42,125 bases of DNA, from the NCBI GenBank assembly GCA_030616605.1, contig JAUWWY010000001.1:198251-240375 (forward strand), read 5' to 3'. This document shows, in pieces, positions 7,964-17,517 of the stretch (positions are counted from its first letter, which is position 1; each line of letters starts with the position of its first letter). This stretch comes from a bacterium (GTDB lineage: Bacteria; Patescibacteriota; Minisyncoccia; Minisyncoccales; CG1-02-41-26). A program made the position numbers and the translations under genes. Under the pieces are notes generated by a model that saw nothing but the letters and a program-made list of their open reading frames with translations, had not been told where the DNA came from and did no database searches.

Positions 7964-9178
7964 TCATAAATTTTTAATTATTTCCAGAGCTTTGTTTAAT
8001 TGGGGGTCTTTATCTTCTTCCCAATCCTCGATAGTTCTTTCAACTTCAATATCTGGAAATAATCCTTCCTCATCAATAGAATATTTATTAGGAGTCAACC
8101 ATTTAGCAATAGTAATTTTTAAAGACGAGTCATCAAGAAGATAAATCTGCTCCTGAACCGAACCCTTACCAAAAGATTTCTCACCAATTAATTTCACGCC
8201 TAAATTATCTCTTAAAGCTCCTGCTAAAATTTCAGCCCCGGAAGCCGAGCCTTCATTTATTAAAATTACTATCGGGTATTGAGAAAATTTACCGGGCCCC
8301 TTTGACTTATAAGGTTTCATTTCTTTATCAAGACCAAAATCCTGCCAAACAACCATTTCTCCTCTCTCTAAAAACCAGCCGGCAATTTCTTGAGCAACGT
8401 CTAAATAGCCACCGGGATTGTTTCTTAAATCCAAAATTATTTTTTCAACAGGAGAACCTAATATTTCAGAAGCTGCCTTTCTGAATTCCGAAGAAAGAAT
8501 CCTATTAAATTGATAAATTTTTATCAAGACAATATCTTCTGTGAGTAATTCCCATTTCAGGGTTGGAATCTTTATTACTTGCCTTTCTAAAGTGATGGGT
8601 TTAGCTACTTCCCAATCTTCTCTTCCTATCAAAAGAGTGACTTCTGTCCCCTCTGGACCTTTTATCAAGCTCACTGCCTCTTCTAAAGAAAGATTTTCAG
8701 TAGAAACATCATCTATCTTCAAAATTTTATCTCTCGGCCTCAAACCGGCCCTTTGGGCTGGAGTATTCTCTAAGGGACTGACAACCGTAATTCTACCGTC
8801 TCTTATAGCAACCTCCATTCCCACTCCTTCATACTTTCCCGAAAGCTCTTCTTCAAATTGCTCTGTTTTTGGAGGGTCAAAAAATATAGTGTAAGGGTCT
8901 TTTAAAGTTTCTGTCATCCCTCTTATTGCTCCATAAACCATTTCCTGATAATCAATTTTTTCTTTTTCTAAAAAATCCCTTTCCAGTTTTCTCCAGGCTT
9001 CCCAAAAAACAGAAAAATCTACTTTTTCCCCAATTTCTTCCGGGTCAGTATTGGTTATTTGAGAAGGAGGTGTTTGTAAAATGTTTTCTTGGCCGATAAA
9101 AACCCCTACCTTATAACTTAAAAAGGATACCACCAGAAGACAAATTATAAAAATAATTACTTTTGATTTGGTTTTCAT
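7964..9178 (-). CDS. ctpA: S41 family C-terminal processing peptidase (CtpA-like) with PDZ domain
   Basis: N-terminal TM, DPYT, PDZ (GVGM..PAQRAGL), DLRNNPGG, SASGAEI catalytic Ser and GKGSVQ catalytic Lys. Confidence 0.92.
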   Translation of the reverse strand: MKTKSKVIIFIICLLVVSFLSYKVGVFIGQENILQTPPSQITNTDPEEIGEKVDFSVFWEAWRKLERDFLEKEKIDYQEMVYGAIRGMTETLKDPYTIFFDPPKTEQFEEELSGKYEGVGMEVAIRDGRITVVSPLENTPAQRAGLRPRDKILKIDDVSTENLSLEEAVSLIKGPEGTEVTLLIGREDWEVAKPITLERQVIKIPTLKWELLTEDIVLIKIYQFNRILSSEFRKAASEILGSPVEKIILDLRNNPGGYLDVAQEIAGWFLERGEMVVWQDFGLDKEMKPYKSKGPGKFSQYPIVILINEGSASGAEILAGALRDNLGVKLIGEKSFGKGSVQEQIYLLDDSSLKITIAKWLTPNKYSIDEEGLFPDIEVERTIEDWEEDKDPQLNKALEIIKNL

Positions 9179-9220
9179 ATAATATAGTAGTTCTTTTGTA
9201 ATTTTAAATAAATTAAGCTT

Positions 9221-11296
9221 TTAGTTCAAATCTAAAAGAGCTTCAAATTCTTTTTTCCATTGGGGGTTAATCTCAACTGCTTCTTGAGCCATTTCTTTGG
9301 CTTTCTCTATATTATTGGAAATTTGAGCAATCTGAATTCCAATCTTGTGAGACTGGAGATTTTTCGGTTCCAGGTCAATTGCTTTTTGAGCAAGCTCTAA
9401 AGCGCTTTTAAAATCTCTTTGATAAAGTTTAACTTGAGCTAAAACCCAATAGCCCTGCTGATTGTCCGGGGAAAGAGAAATAGTCTCCTGGGCATAGTTT
9501 TCAGCTAAGGGAATTTTTGTTGTGTCAATTAAAATATAGAGAGTATATAAATGAGCCAACCTTAAAATTGTCCTAAAATCCAGGGGTGATTCTTTTTTAG
9601 TTTTTTCCAACTTTTTTATCAAAAAATCTAATTCATTTTTAATATCTTCTTCGGGCATTTTTTCAATATTGTTTTGGATAATATTTTGAGATTGCTGGGC
9701 AAAAAATTCTCTTATCTGATATTTACCTAAAGGAGAGGTTTCCAGAGTTTTTTGATAAAGATTTACTCTCTGAGAGGAATCCCCTGCTCTAAGTGCCTTT
9801 ATTACTAAATAATCTGTTCTTAAGGGTTGAATAACAAATTGAAAAAAAGTGAAAAGAAAAATTAAAACTAAAAGAGCTGCTGGCCATTGATGTTTTCTAA
9901 CAAATTTTCTTTCTTTCTTTTTCTTTATTTCTCTTCCAATGTTGGCTAAAAAGCCGCCAAATCCCAAAACTAAAACAAACATCATTAAACTGGTAACCAT
10001 ATCAAAAACAGTCAGGTTTTGAATAAAATAACTAATTAAAACAGCTGGGAAAATTGAAAAAGTCCAAAAATCCAGAGATTTCTCTTTGAAATATTTTCTC
10101 CCTAAAACATAAAAGAAACCAGCAAAGAGCCCAAGATAAGTCAATAAACCAAAAATACCGGTCATTACCAAAGTATCAAAAATAATATTATGACTCCGGT
10201 CAAACCAAATCTCTCCACCACACTCTCCAATAAAAAGACAAGGGTTAAAAAATTTAGTAAAAGTTAAAGTATAATTCTCCGGACCCCAACCAAGTAACGG
10301 TTTTTCTAGAAATCCTTTTTGAGCCATTTCCCAGTTTACAAACCGAGATTGAGTAGTTATTTCAATAAATTTTTGATTAATAAAGGTTTCAGGGATAAAA
10401 AGTAAAGTCAAGCCTATTAAAACAACAAGGGAACTAATTATAAGGGTTGCTTTGCCTAAAAATCTTATTCTTTTGTTTTGGGGTCGAAAGCTTAACCAAA
10501 GTAAAAATATCAAAGCTAATCCACCTAAAGCTGAAAGAGTAGCTGCCCTAGCTCCAGCTAAATATATCACTAAGAACATTAGAATTGCTCCACCTAAGGA
10601 ATAAATTTTCCAACCCCAGTGTCTTTTTTGAAAAAATAACCAAACTGCCAAAAAGGCATTGAATAAAAGATAGGTTCCTAAAAATGAAGTGTTACCTAAA
10701 GTTGTTCCTCCTCTATCAGAAAATTTAAAACTCTCAACTCCAGCAATTTCCAAGAGGGCTATAAAAGATATTATAATTGCCACAAAGGTTGAGATGATAA
10801 AAATTTTCTTCCAATCAGAAAGTTTTTTAAAAGTTGAAGAAATTACCAGAAAAAAGCCGAAAAGATGAAACCACATCAAGAGACCGGTCATTCTTTCATA
10901 TTTTGACCAAAAAGACCTGGAAAAATCTACCCCCAAAACTGAGCTTAGTATTAAAACAATTAAAAATAAAATAAAAGCTATCAGAATTGAATTGAGTTTG
11001 GGACGATATTTTCTGTTATTTAAGATTAAAATCAGCCAGGCAAAAAATATAATCTGGCAAATTGCCATAAAATACAAACTTTTGGGTCCAACAAAGGGAA
11101 AATAAAATTTAGTATTTATAATTAAGGGGGTAAATAAAGCTAAAAGAACCCCGAAGAAAATAAAATTAACCAAAAAAGGCCTTTTTTGTCCTGATAAAGT
11201 TTCTTTTTCTTTTGGCATTTCTCCTTCTTGCCCTCCGTAGCCTTGGCGAAGGAGGGTCTCTCTTCTTTCTCTTTTTTCTCTTGATTTTTTACCCAT
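9221..11296 (-). CDS. O-antigen ligase/Wzy_C family polytopic membrane protein with C-terminal TPRs
   Basis: About 12 hydrophobic segments, TLGNTSFLG, GARAA, SRFVNW, KPLLGWGPENY, FDRSHN and a TPR-like C-terminus (AIDLEPKN, AVEINP). Confidence 0.85.
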   Translation of the reverse strand: MGKKSREKRERRETLLRQGYGGQEGEMPKEKETLSGQKRPFLVNFIFFGVLLALFTPLIINTKFYFPFVGPKSLYFMAICQIIFFAWLILILNNRKYRPKLNSILIAFILFLIVLILSSVLGVDFSRSFWSKYERMTGLLMWFHLFGFFLVISSTFKKLSDWKKIFIISTFVAIIISFIALLEIAGVESFKFSDRGGTTLGNTSFLGTYLLFNAFLAVWLFFQKRHWGWKIYSLGGAILMFLVIYLAGARAATLSALGGLALIFLLWLSFRPQNKRIRFLGKATLIISSLVVLIGLTLLFIPETFINQKFIEITTQSRFVNWEMAQKGFLEKPLLGWGPENYTLTFTKFFNPCLFIGECGGEIWFDRSHNIIFDTLVMTGIFGLLTYLGLFAGFFYVLGRKYFKEKSLDFWTFSIFPAVLISYFIQNLTVFDMVTSLMMFVLVLGFGGFLANIGREIKKKKERKFVRKHQWPAALLVLIFLFTFFQFVIQPLRTDYLVIKALRAGDSSQRVNLYQKTLETSPLGKYQIREFFAQQSQNIIQNNIEKMPEEDIKNELDFLIKKLEKTKKESPLDFRTILRLAHLYTLYILIDTTKIPLAENYAQETISLSPDNQQGYWVLAQVKLYQRDFKSALELAQKAIDLEPKNLQSHKIGIQIAQISNNIEKAKEMAQEAVEINPQWKKEFEALLDLN
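11227..11256. repeat. 30-bp GC-rich hairpin element in frame within a coding N-terminus
   Basis: CTTG-CCCTCC-GTAGCCTTGGCGAA-GGAGGG; encodes LLRQGYGGQ on the minus strand. Confidence 0.7.
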
Positions 11297-11346
11297 TAGA
11301 TTATTTTACTTGAAACAATTAAAAAATCAAAGTAAAATAACTTAAT
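11297..11346. promoter_or_regulatory. Symmetric divergent promoter region
   Basis: Perfect 11-bp IR TTATTTTACTT(11301-11311)/AAGTAAAATAA(11330-11340). Plus strand: TTGAAA-17-TAAAAT. Minus strand: TTGATT-16-TAAAAT. Confidence 0.65.
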
Positions 11347-12654
11347 ATGACAAAAATAAGACAAATAATTTTGCTTTTAGGAGATATAATTTTAGCTTAT
11401 ATTGCCTTAATTCTAACAGTTGTCTTTGGTTTCTGGGGAAATTTCAGCTGGCAGATTTTCTGGCAGCATTTTCTCCCTTTCACTTTTTTGTATTTCTTCT
11501 GGTTTATCTTTTTCTACATCTTTGACCTTTATAATCTTAATTTAATCCGGCCCAAAGTGGAATTTTTGGCAAGGATTGGAAGTTGTTTCCTGGTTTGTTT
11601 TGCTCTGGGAATGATTTTCTTTTATTTAATTCCTTTTCTCGGCATCACTCCAAAGACAAATCTTTTAATTAATATAATAATTTTTGCTCTTTTAACGTCT
11701 ATTTGGCGGAGAAGTTTTTATCATCTCTTTTCTGCTCATCTTCTTCAAAGGGTGGCTTTCTTGGGAAAAAATCCTTTGGCAGAATCTTTAGTAAAAGAAT
11801 TTAAAACCCAGCCTCATTTAGGTTATAAATTTGTTAAATTTTTAAATATTAGAAAAGCTCTCTTACCCCAATTAAAAAATAGAAAAATTGATACCCTAAT
11901 AATGGTTGGAGATATAACAGAAAATCCAAAATTAGTTCAGGATTTATATAAATCACTTCCTTTAAAAATAAACCTGATAGACTTATCCGACCTTTATGAA
12001 TTACTATCCCGCAAAATTCCCATTGATTTCATAGACCATAGTTGGTTCTTAAAGAACTTAAAAGAAGGTAAAAAGAAAATTTATGACAATATCAAAATAA
12101 TTGAAGATATTGTTTTTACAAGTTTAATAATTTTAATAACCTCTCCTTTTTGGTTGATATTCCCAATTTTAATTAAATTAGAAGACAAGGGCCCTGTTTT
12201 TTACAAACAAAAAAGAGTTGGCAAAGATAAAAAAGTATTCTGGCTTTGGAAATTCCGCTCAATGAAAAGAGGAGCAGAAAAGAAAAAAGCTGTCTGGGCA
12301 AAAAAAGAAGACCAAAGAGTCACAAAAGTCGGTAGATTTTTAAGGCGGAGTCATTTGGATGAAATTCCCCAGATGCTCAATGTTCTAAAAGGAGATATAT
12401 CCCTGGTTGGACCCAGGCCGGAACGGCCTGAATTTGTTAAAAAACTTGAAAAAGAAATTCCTCATTATCACTTGCGCCATATTATCAAACCCGGCTTTAG
12501 CGGCTGGGGCCAGATAAATTTCAGATATGCCCGAAGTGTAATGGATTCCCATGAAAAATTCCAATATGACCTTTATTATATAAAAAACAGGTCTTTATTA
12601 TTAGACCTGGGAATCTTACTCAAAACTTTTCAGATATTTTTTAAAAAAGAATAA
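11347..12654 (+). CDS. Priming polyprenyl-phosphate glycosylphosphotransferase (WbaP/WcaJ-type)
   Basis: Four N-terminal TMs plus a Bac_transf domain: GPVFYKQKRVG, KFRSM, LDEIPQ, SLVGPRPE, KPG.SGW.Q and DLYYI. Confidence 0.92.
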   Translation: MTKIRQIILLLGDIILAYIALILTVVFGFWGNFSWQIFWQHFLPFTFLYFFWFIFFYIFDLYNLNLIRPKVEFLARIGSCFLVCFALGMIFFYLIPFLGITPKTNLLINIIIFALLTSIWRRSFYHLFSAHLLQRVAFLGKNPLAESLVKEFKTQPHLGYKFVKFLNIRKALLPQLKNRKIDTLIMVGDITENPKLVQDLYKSLPLKINLIDLSDLYELLSRKIPIDFIDHSWFLKNLKEGKKKIYDNIKIIEDIVFTSLIILITSPFWLIFPILIKLEDKGPVFYKQKRVGKDKKVFWLWKFRSMKRGAEKKKAVWAKKEDQRVTKVGRFLRRSHLDEIPQMLNVLKGDISLVGPRPERPEFVKKLEKEIPHYHLRHIIKPGFSGWGQINFRYARSVMDSHEKFQYDLYYIKNRSLLLDLGILLKTFQIFFKKE

Positions 12655-12657
12655 GTT

Positions 12658-13785
12658 TTATCTTTCCTCATATAATTTTTCATAAGCTTTAACCATTTTA
12701 TCTAAAGTAAAATTTTCTTTGGCAATCTTTAAACTCTTTTTAGCCATTTTCTTTCTTTTTGTCGGATTATCTATAAGATAACCTATTTTCTTTAATAATT
12801 CAGTTTGTTTATCTAAGTTCACTAAAAATCCATTTTTTCCTTCCTGGACTAATTCTTTTAATCCCCCTACACGAGTTGCAACAATTGGCAGACCAGCAAA
12901 CATTGCCTCAATGACAGTAATTGGCAACCCCTCAAATTTTGAGATTAAAACAAAAATATCAAACTCTTGCAGAAATTGGCGAGTTTCTTGGGGATTTTTT
13001 TCACCCAAAAGAAAAACAGTATCTTTTAATTTATTTTCTTTTATAAAATTCTCGCATTCTTTAAAAAAGATACCTGAGCCAATGAGTATAAATTTTGTTT
13101 GAGGAAAGATTTTTCTAATTTCTTTTGCTGTTTTGAGAAACGTTAAAGGGTCTTTTGGGTAAGCCAATCTTCCAATCATACCGATAACTATTTCGCTAAT
13201 TTTTATTTTTAAACTTTTTCTTATCTTTGCTCTATTACTTTTAACGTCAAAATTGATTCCGTTTCTTATGACTAAAAACTTGTTTCGAGGAGCAATTTTT
13301 CTTTTAATTCCATCTTCTCTCCCCTTCTTAGAAACGCAAATAATTCTTGTTGAAAATTTGGCAGCAATTTTTTCTAAAAAAATCTGTAATTTCTGTATTC
13401 TGCCATATTCCTCAATGTTGTAAAAACCCCAGCCGTGAGCAGTAAAATAATTTTTTTTAACACCAGCTAAGTTTGCAGCAATTCTTCCTAAAATTCCTGC
13501 TTTTGTTGAATGACAATGAACGATGTCGTATTTTTCTGTTTTAATTAATCTATAAAGTGAAATTAGGGTTTTCAAATCATTAAGGAACGAAATTTCCCGG
13601 CGAAAAGAAGAAATTTCATAAATTTTTATCCCTTTTTCTTTTAATTTTTTTATTAAAAGACCTCCTGAACCACAAGCTGCCTCAACCAAAAATTTATCTT
13701 TCGGTAAATTTGTTACTAAATCATAAAAAACTCTTTGCGCTCCTCCCCATTCTGAAAGAGTTATAATATGAAGAACTTTAACCAT
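12658..13785 (-). CDS. Glycosyltransferase family 4
   Basis: GGAQR, HCHSTKAG, TAHGW and SKFEGLPITVIEAM (Ex7E). Confidence 0.92.
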   Translation of the reverse strand: MVKVLHIITLSEWGGAQRVFYDLVTNLPKDKFLVEAACGSGGLLIKKLKEKGIKIYEISSFRREISFLNDLKTLISLYRLIKTEKYDIVHCHSTKAGILGRIAANLAGVKKNYFTAHGWGFYNIEEYGRIQKLQIFLEKIAAKFSTRIICVSKKGREDGIKRKIAPRNKFLVIRNGINFDVKSNRAKIRKSLKIKISEIVIGMIGRLAYPKDPLTFLKTAKEIRKIFPQTKFILIGSGIFFKECENFIKENKLKDTVFLLGEKNPQETRQFLQEFDIFVLISKFEGLPITVIEAMFAGLPIVATRVGGLKELVQEGKNGFLVNLDKQTELLKKIGYLIDNPTKRKKMAKKSLKIAKENFTLDKMVKAYEKLYEER

Positions 13786-14590
13786 AAATTTTTCTCCTTA
13801 AAAGATATTTTCTAACAAATTTTCTAAGAAAAAAGGGTGTTTTTAAAAAAAGATAAGACTTTAAAAGATAAATATAGCACCACTTTGGATATTGATCATT
13901 TAGGATTGCCTTCTTTTTTGCTTTAAGAACAAATAATAACTGCTCTTTATCTTTAGTCGGAGAAAGACTTTCTTTATAATATCGCTTCATCACTAAATAT
14001 TCTGGTAAGTTTGCAATTTTGTAATTCTTAGCAATTCTTAACCAAAGTTCATAATCCTCTGATTGAGGAAAGCTTTCATTGTATCCTTCCTTCTTATCGA
14101 AAATTTCTTTTTTCAGCATTATTGAACTTTGAATAAAGGGGTTATACCTAATTAAAATTTTCTTGAGAATTTTATTTTTTGTTGGAAAAATTTTCTTACT
14201 CATCATTTCCCCCTTATGATTTATTTCATAACAGCCAGTCCCTAATAATCCTATTTCAGAATTTTTTTCCATAAAATTTATCTGTCTTTCTAATTTTTCT
14301 CTTAACCAGAGGTCGTCAGCGTCCAAAAAAGCAATATATTTTCCTTGAGCTCTTTTAATACCGGTGTTTCTGGCAGCTGCCGGTCCTTTGTTTTTTTGCC
14401 AAATATAAATAATTCGAGGCTCATTAAATGAGTTGACGATTTCTGCTGTCTCATCGGTTGAGCCATCATCTACTACAATGATTTCTATACTTTTGAAAGT
14501 TTGACTCAAAACACTCTCAAGCGTTTTTTTTATATATTTTTCCTGATTATAGGTAGGGATGATTACTGAAACTAAGGGTTGTTCTTTCAT
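13778..14590 (-). CDS. Glycosyltransferase family 2
   Basis: VSVIIPTYN, VVDDGSTD, FLDADD and SEDYELW. Confidence 0.93.
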   Translation of the reverse strand: MKEQPLVSVIIPTYNQEKYIKKTLESVLSQTFKSIEIIVVDDGSTDETAEIVNSFNEPRIIYIWQKNKGPAAARNTGIKRAQGKYIAFLDADDLWLREKLERQINFMEKNSEIGLLGTGCYEINHKGEMMSKKIFPTKNKILKKILIRYNPFIQSSIMLKKEIFDKKEGYNESFPQSEDYELWLRIAKNYKIANLPEYLVMKRYYKESLSPTKDKEQLLFVLKAKKKAILNDQYPKWCYIYLLKSYLFLKTPFFLRKFVRKYLLRRKIYG

Positions 14591-15651
14591 TTTGTTAAGC
14601 CAATAATTTTAAATATCTCTTTAAATCTTTTTTCATAAGTATGGTCTTGTAAAGTGCGTTCATGACCTGCTCGAGCAATTGCTTCTCTTTTATCTTCATG
14701 AGCTAAATAATAATGGATTTTATCAATAAGGTCTTTGGTGTTCTGGAAAATTACAATTTCTTTTCCGGGGATATAATAATCTTTTAAATTATCAGCATTA
14801 CTGGTTAATAAAAATCCCCCGGAGCCGGGAATTTCAAAATTCCTTCCCTTAATTTGCTCTCTTTTTTTAGCTAAGATTGATTGAAAATTGGGAAACCAAT
14901 ATCTCGGACTTACAAATTTCAAGGATTCGTTTAACTCTCTCTTTAAAAATATAGAAGCCAATGCTCTGAAATTAATATTTCCAGAGCTCTTTGTTAAATT
15001 AAGATTAATTTTACTTTGAGAAAATATTTTTATCATTTCTTCTTGAGAAATTCTTTTGGCTGGCCATCCTTTTCCCCAACATTTTACATTGATACCTGCT
15101 TTTTTTATCTTCTCAATTACTTCTCTCCGATTGCCATGAGGCTGTCCGATAAAAGTTACATCATAAATCTTTGGTAAATTTAAGGGTTTGTATAAAAAGT
15201 GATTACAAGCCCATTGAGTTTTAATTACATTCTTGTAGCCAATTTTGTGATATTTTTCCTTTGCCTGAGAATCAGTAGTTGAAACCCAATGAAATAAAGG
15301 AGTATAATATTTAGAAAAATTATAAAATCTAAAATGGTCATCAGCAAACCAGTTAAAAGTTATAGAACCACTTTGTTTGGTAATTTTTTTAATAGTTTGT
15401 TTTTTAATTTCATCTTTAAAAAGAAAAAAGAAACATAAATCCGGTTTCTCTTTTTGGACAGTTTCCAACAATTTTTCATTCATTTTATCCCTTCCAACCT
15501 CTCGCATTATTTCATCAAAAGGAAAATAGCTAACCTGATGCTTTCCTCCCTCAATTTTCTTCAGAGAGTCATAAAAATTATAGTGCTCAAAACTGTATCC
15601 CAATTCTTGCCTTCCATATTCATATTTCATTCCAATATAAAGAATTTTCAT
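14587..15651 (-). CDS. CgeB-like GT-B glycosyltransferase
   Basis: NWFADD, DVTFIG, SKINLN, KGRNFE..GSGGFLLT and HTYEKR. Start moved to MKILYIG (15651), which follows the upstream stop at 15653. Confidence 0.85.
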   Translation of the reverse strand: MKILYIGMKYEYGRQELGYSFEHYNFYDSLKKIEGGKHQVSYFPFDEIMREVGRDKMNEKLLETVQKEKPDLCFFFLFKDEIKKQTIKKITKQSGSITFNWFADDHFRFYNFSKYYTPLFHWVSTTDSQAKEKYHKIGYKNVIKTQWACNHFLYKPLNLPKIYDVTFIGQPHGNRREVIEKIKKAGINVKCWGKGWPAKRISQEEMIKIFSQSKINLNLTKSSGNINFRALASIFLKRELNESLKFVSPRYWFPNFQSILAKKREQIKGRNFEIPGSGGFLLTSNADNLKDYYIPGKEIVIFQNTKDLIDKIHYYLAHEDKREAIARAGHERTLQDHTYEKRFKEIFKIIGLTK

Positions 15652-15652
15652 A

Positions 15653-16573
15653 CTAAGCAAATAATTGGAGGACTGATTCAATTTTTCTTTCAGGAATAAA
15701 AATTAAATTATCATAATTATACTCTTCTTTAATATTATGGACGATTAATTTACCCTCGGGTGTTATTTTAAATGCCTGATAACCATTATCCAATAATATT
15801 TTGATTGATTTTTGACAATTCTCTCTCCATTCCTTACCTCCTCCAACTTCTAAAATTAGTAATGGACGATACTTAGAAATTATCATAGAGGTACCCTTTA
15901 AAAGTAAACTCTCAGAACCCTCCACATCTAATTTAATTATTGTAGGGACAATATCTTCTTTTATGCAAAAATTATCTAATGTTTCTGTTCTTACTTTTAT
16001 TACTTTTCCCTTATTCTTTAGGAAATTTACTTTTCTTTTAAAAAATGTGTTAAAAACGTTGAATCGAGGTCCGTAATCTATAAAATCAAATACTCCAACT
16101 CTATCAGACAATGCTACCTGTCTCGGATAAATATTTGAAAATAGTTTTACATTTTCTTTCAATATTGAGTAAGTTCTTGGGGTTGGCTCAAAACTATAGA
16201 CTTTGCCCATAGAATCAACCAGGTTTTTGGCTAAAAGTGAATAATATCCAATATTACTTCCTGCATCTATAAAAATGTCGCCTGGTTTTAAACTCTTAAT
16301 AAGGAAAATTGTCAATTCTGGATCCTGAAATCCCAAATAATAAATTGACCCTATGCTACCCGAAGAATAACCAGATATTTTGCCTCCCCAAATTGTTTTT
16401 GCTTTTATTTTTATTTTAATTGGGGAATATTGATTTAGTAAAACAAAAAAATAAAAAATACTTGTTTTAATAGGAGTATATAAAAACCTCCCTTTTCTCA
16501 TACTTAAGTAATAAAAAGGTCTTAATTTTATTATTTTATCTATAATTTCTTGCTTTTGTATTTTCTGAGCCAT
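15653..16573 (-). CDS. FkbM family methyltransferase
   Basis: IDAGSNIGYYS, SFEP, TLD and IKLDVEGSE. Confidence 0.9.
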   Translation of the reverse strand: MAQKIQKQEIIDKIIKLRPFYYLSMRKGRFLYTPIKTSIFYFFVLLNQYSPIKIKIKAKTIWGGKISGYSSGSIGSIYYLGFQDPELTIFLIKSLKPGDIFIDAGSNIGYYSLLAKNLVDSMGKVYSFEPTPRTYSILKENVKLFSNIYPRQVALSDRVGVFDFIDYGPRFNVFNTFFKRKVNFLKNKGKVIKVRTETLDNFCIKEDIVPTIIKLDVEGSESLLLKGTSMIISKYRPLLILEVGGGKEWRENCQKSIKILLDNGYQAFKITPEGKLIVHNIKEEYNYDNLIFIPERKIESVLQLFA

Positions 16574-17504
16574 ACAAAGAATTTACTATATTCAGGTAAT
16601 TTTTAGCGGATATTTTGTTAGTAAAATTTTCTAAAGAATATTCTCTTGGTTTAAAATTGGAAAAATTTTTAATAAAAATATTGAATTTATTTACAAAATC
16701 CCCTTTATCTTTAAAAAACATCCCACACTCATCTGTTAAATACGGCGCGCTTATTCTATCATCATACCATTTATAATTATTCCATTGCATATACCCACGA
16801 TTCCAAACAAAAGTTGGCACATCTCTTATCCAGGCCTCCTGTAAAGCCAATCCTTGACTCTCTGATTCTGAAAGACATATCATAAATTTCACTTTATTGA
16901 GCATTTCAAAATATTTTTCTTTTTTATATCTCCCATATTTTATTATTTTGTAATCAATGTTTCTAGATTCTAAGTATTGAATTATAAAATTAAAAAGTTC
17001 TTTACCAACGCTTTTCTTGTAAACCAAACATCCTTGTCGCGGGTTTTTCTGGAAATCTTTAGGATTCTCTACTCCGGCTGCCCAAACTCTAATCTTTTTA
17101 TCAAATCCTTTTTTAAAAGAAGCATAAAAATCTTTAACCCATTGAGAAGGAACAATAACCAAATCAATTACTTCATTTAATAAAATACCATTGGCATCTT
17201 CAGGAGTTACTATTATATTAGGCCCAGCAACTATCTTTTTAATTTTACCTTCTTTTTTTGCCTTGATTGCCCATTTTAAAGCATTAACCCCACTGACAAC
17301 ACAAACAACACCTGAAATATCTTGAACTTTTGGATTTAACTGATAATCAACGCCCAAAATATCAAATCCACTAATTAAACTCTCCAAAACCGCCTCGGGT
17401 CCTCCATAATAAAAAACATGGCTTTTAATGTACTTTTTGAACCACAAATAAAGCCGTTCTAAAAAAGAGGCTTCAGGAGATAAAGTTAATAAGATTACTT
17501 TCAT
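16536..17504 (-). CDS. GT-B fold glycosyltransferase-like protein
   Basis: GGPEAV, VPSQWV and SESQGLALQEAW (Ex7E-like). Confidence 0.7.
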   Translation of the reverse strand: MKVILLTLSPEASFLERLYLWFKKYIKSHVFYYGGPEAVLESLISGFDILGVDYQLNPKVQDISGVVCVVSGVNALKWAIKAKKEGKIKKIVAGPNIIVTPEDANGILLNEVIDLVIVPSQWVKDFYASFKKGFDKKIRVWAAGVENPKDFQKNPRQGCLVYKKSVGKELFNFIIQYLESRNIDYKIIKYGRYKKEKYFEMLNKVKFMICLSESESQGLALQEAWIRDVPTFVWNRGYMQWNNYKWYDDRISAPYLTDECGMFFKDKGDFVNKFNIFIKNFSNFKPREYSLENFTNKISAKNYLNIVNSLYGSENTKARNYR

Positions 17505-17517
17505 TTACCCTAAAATA

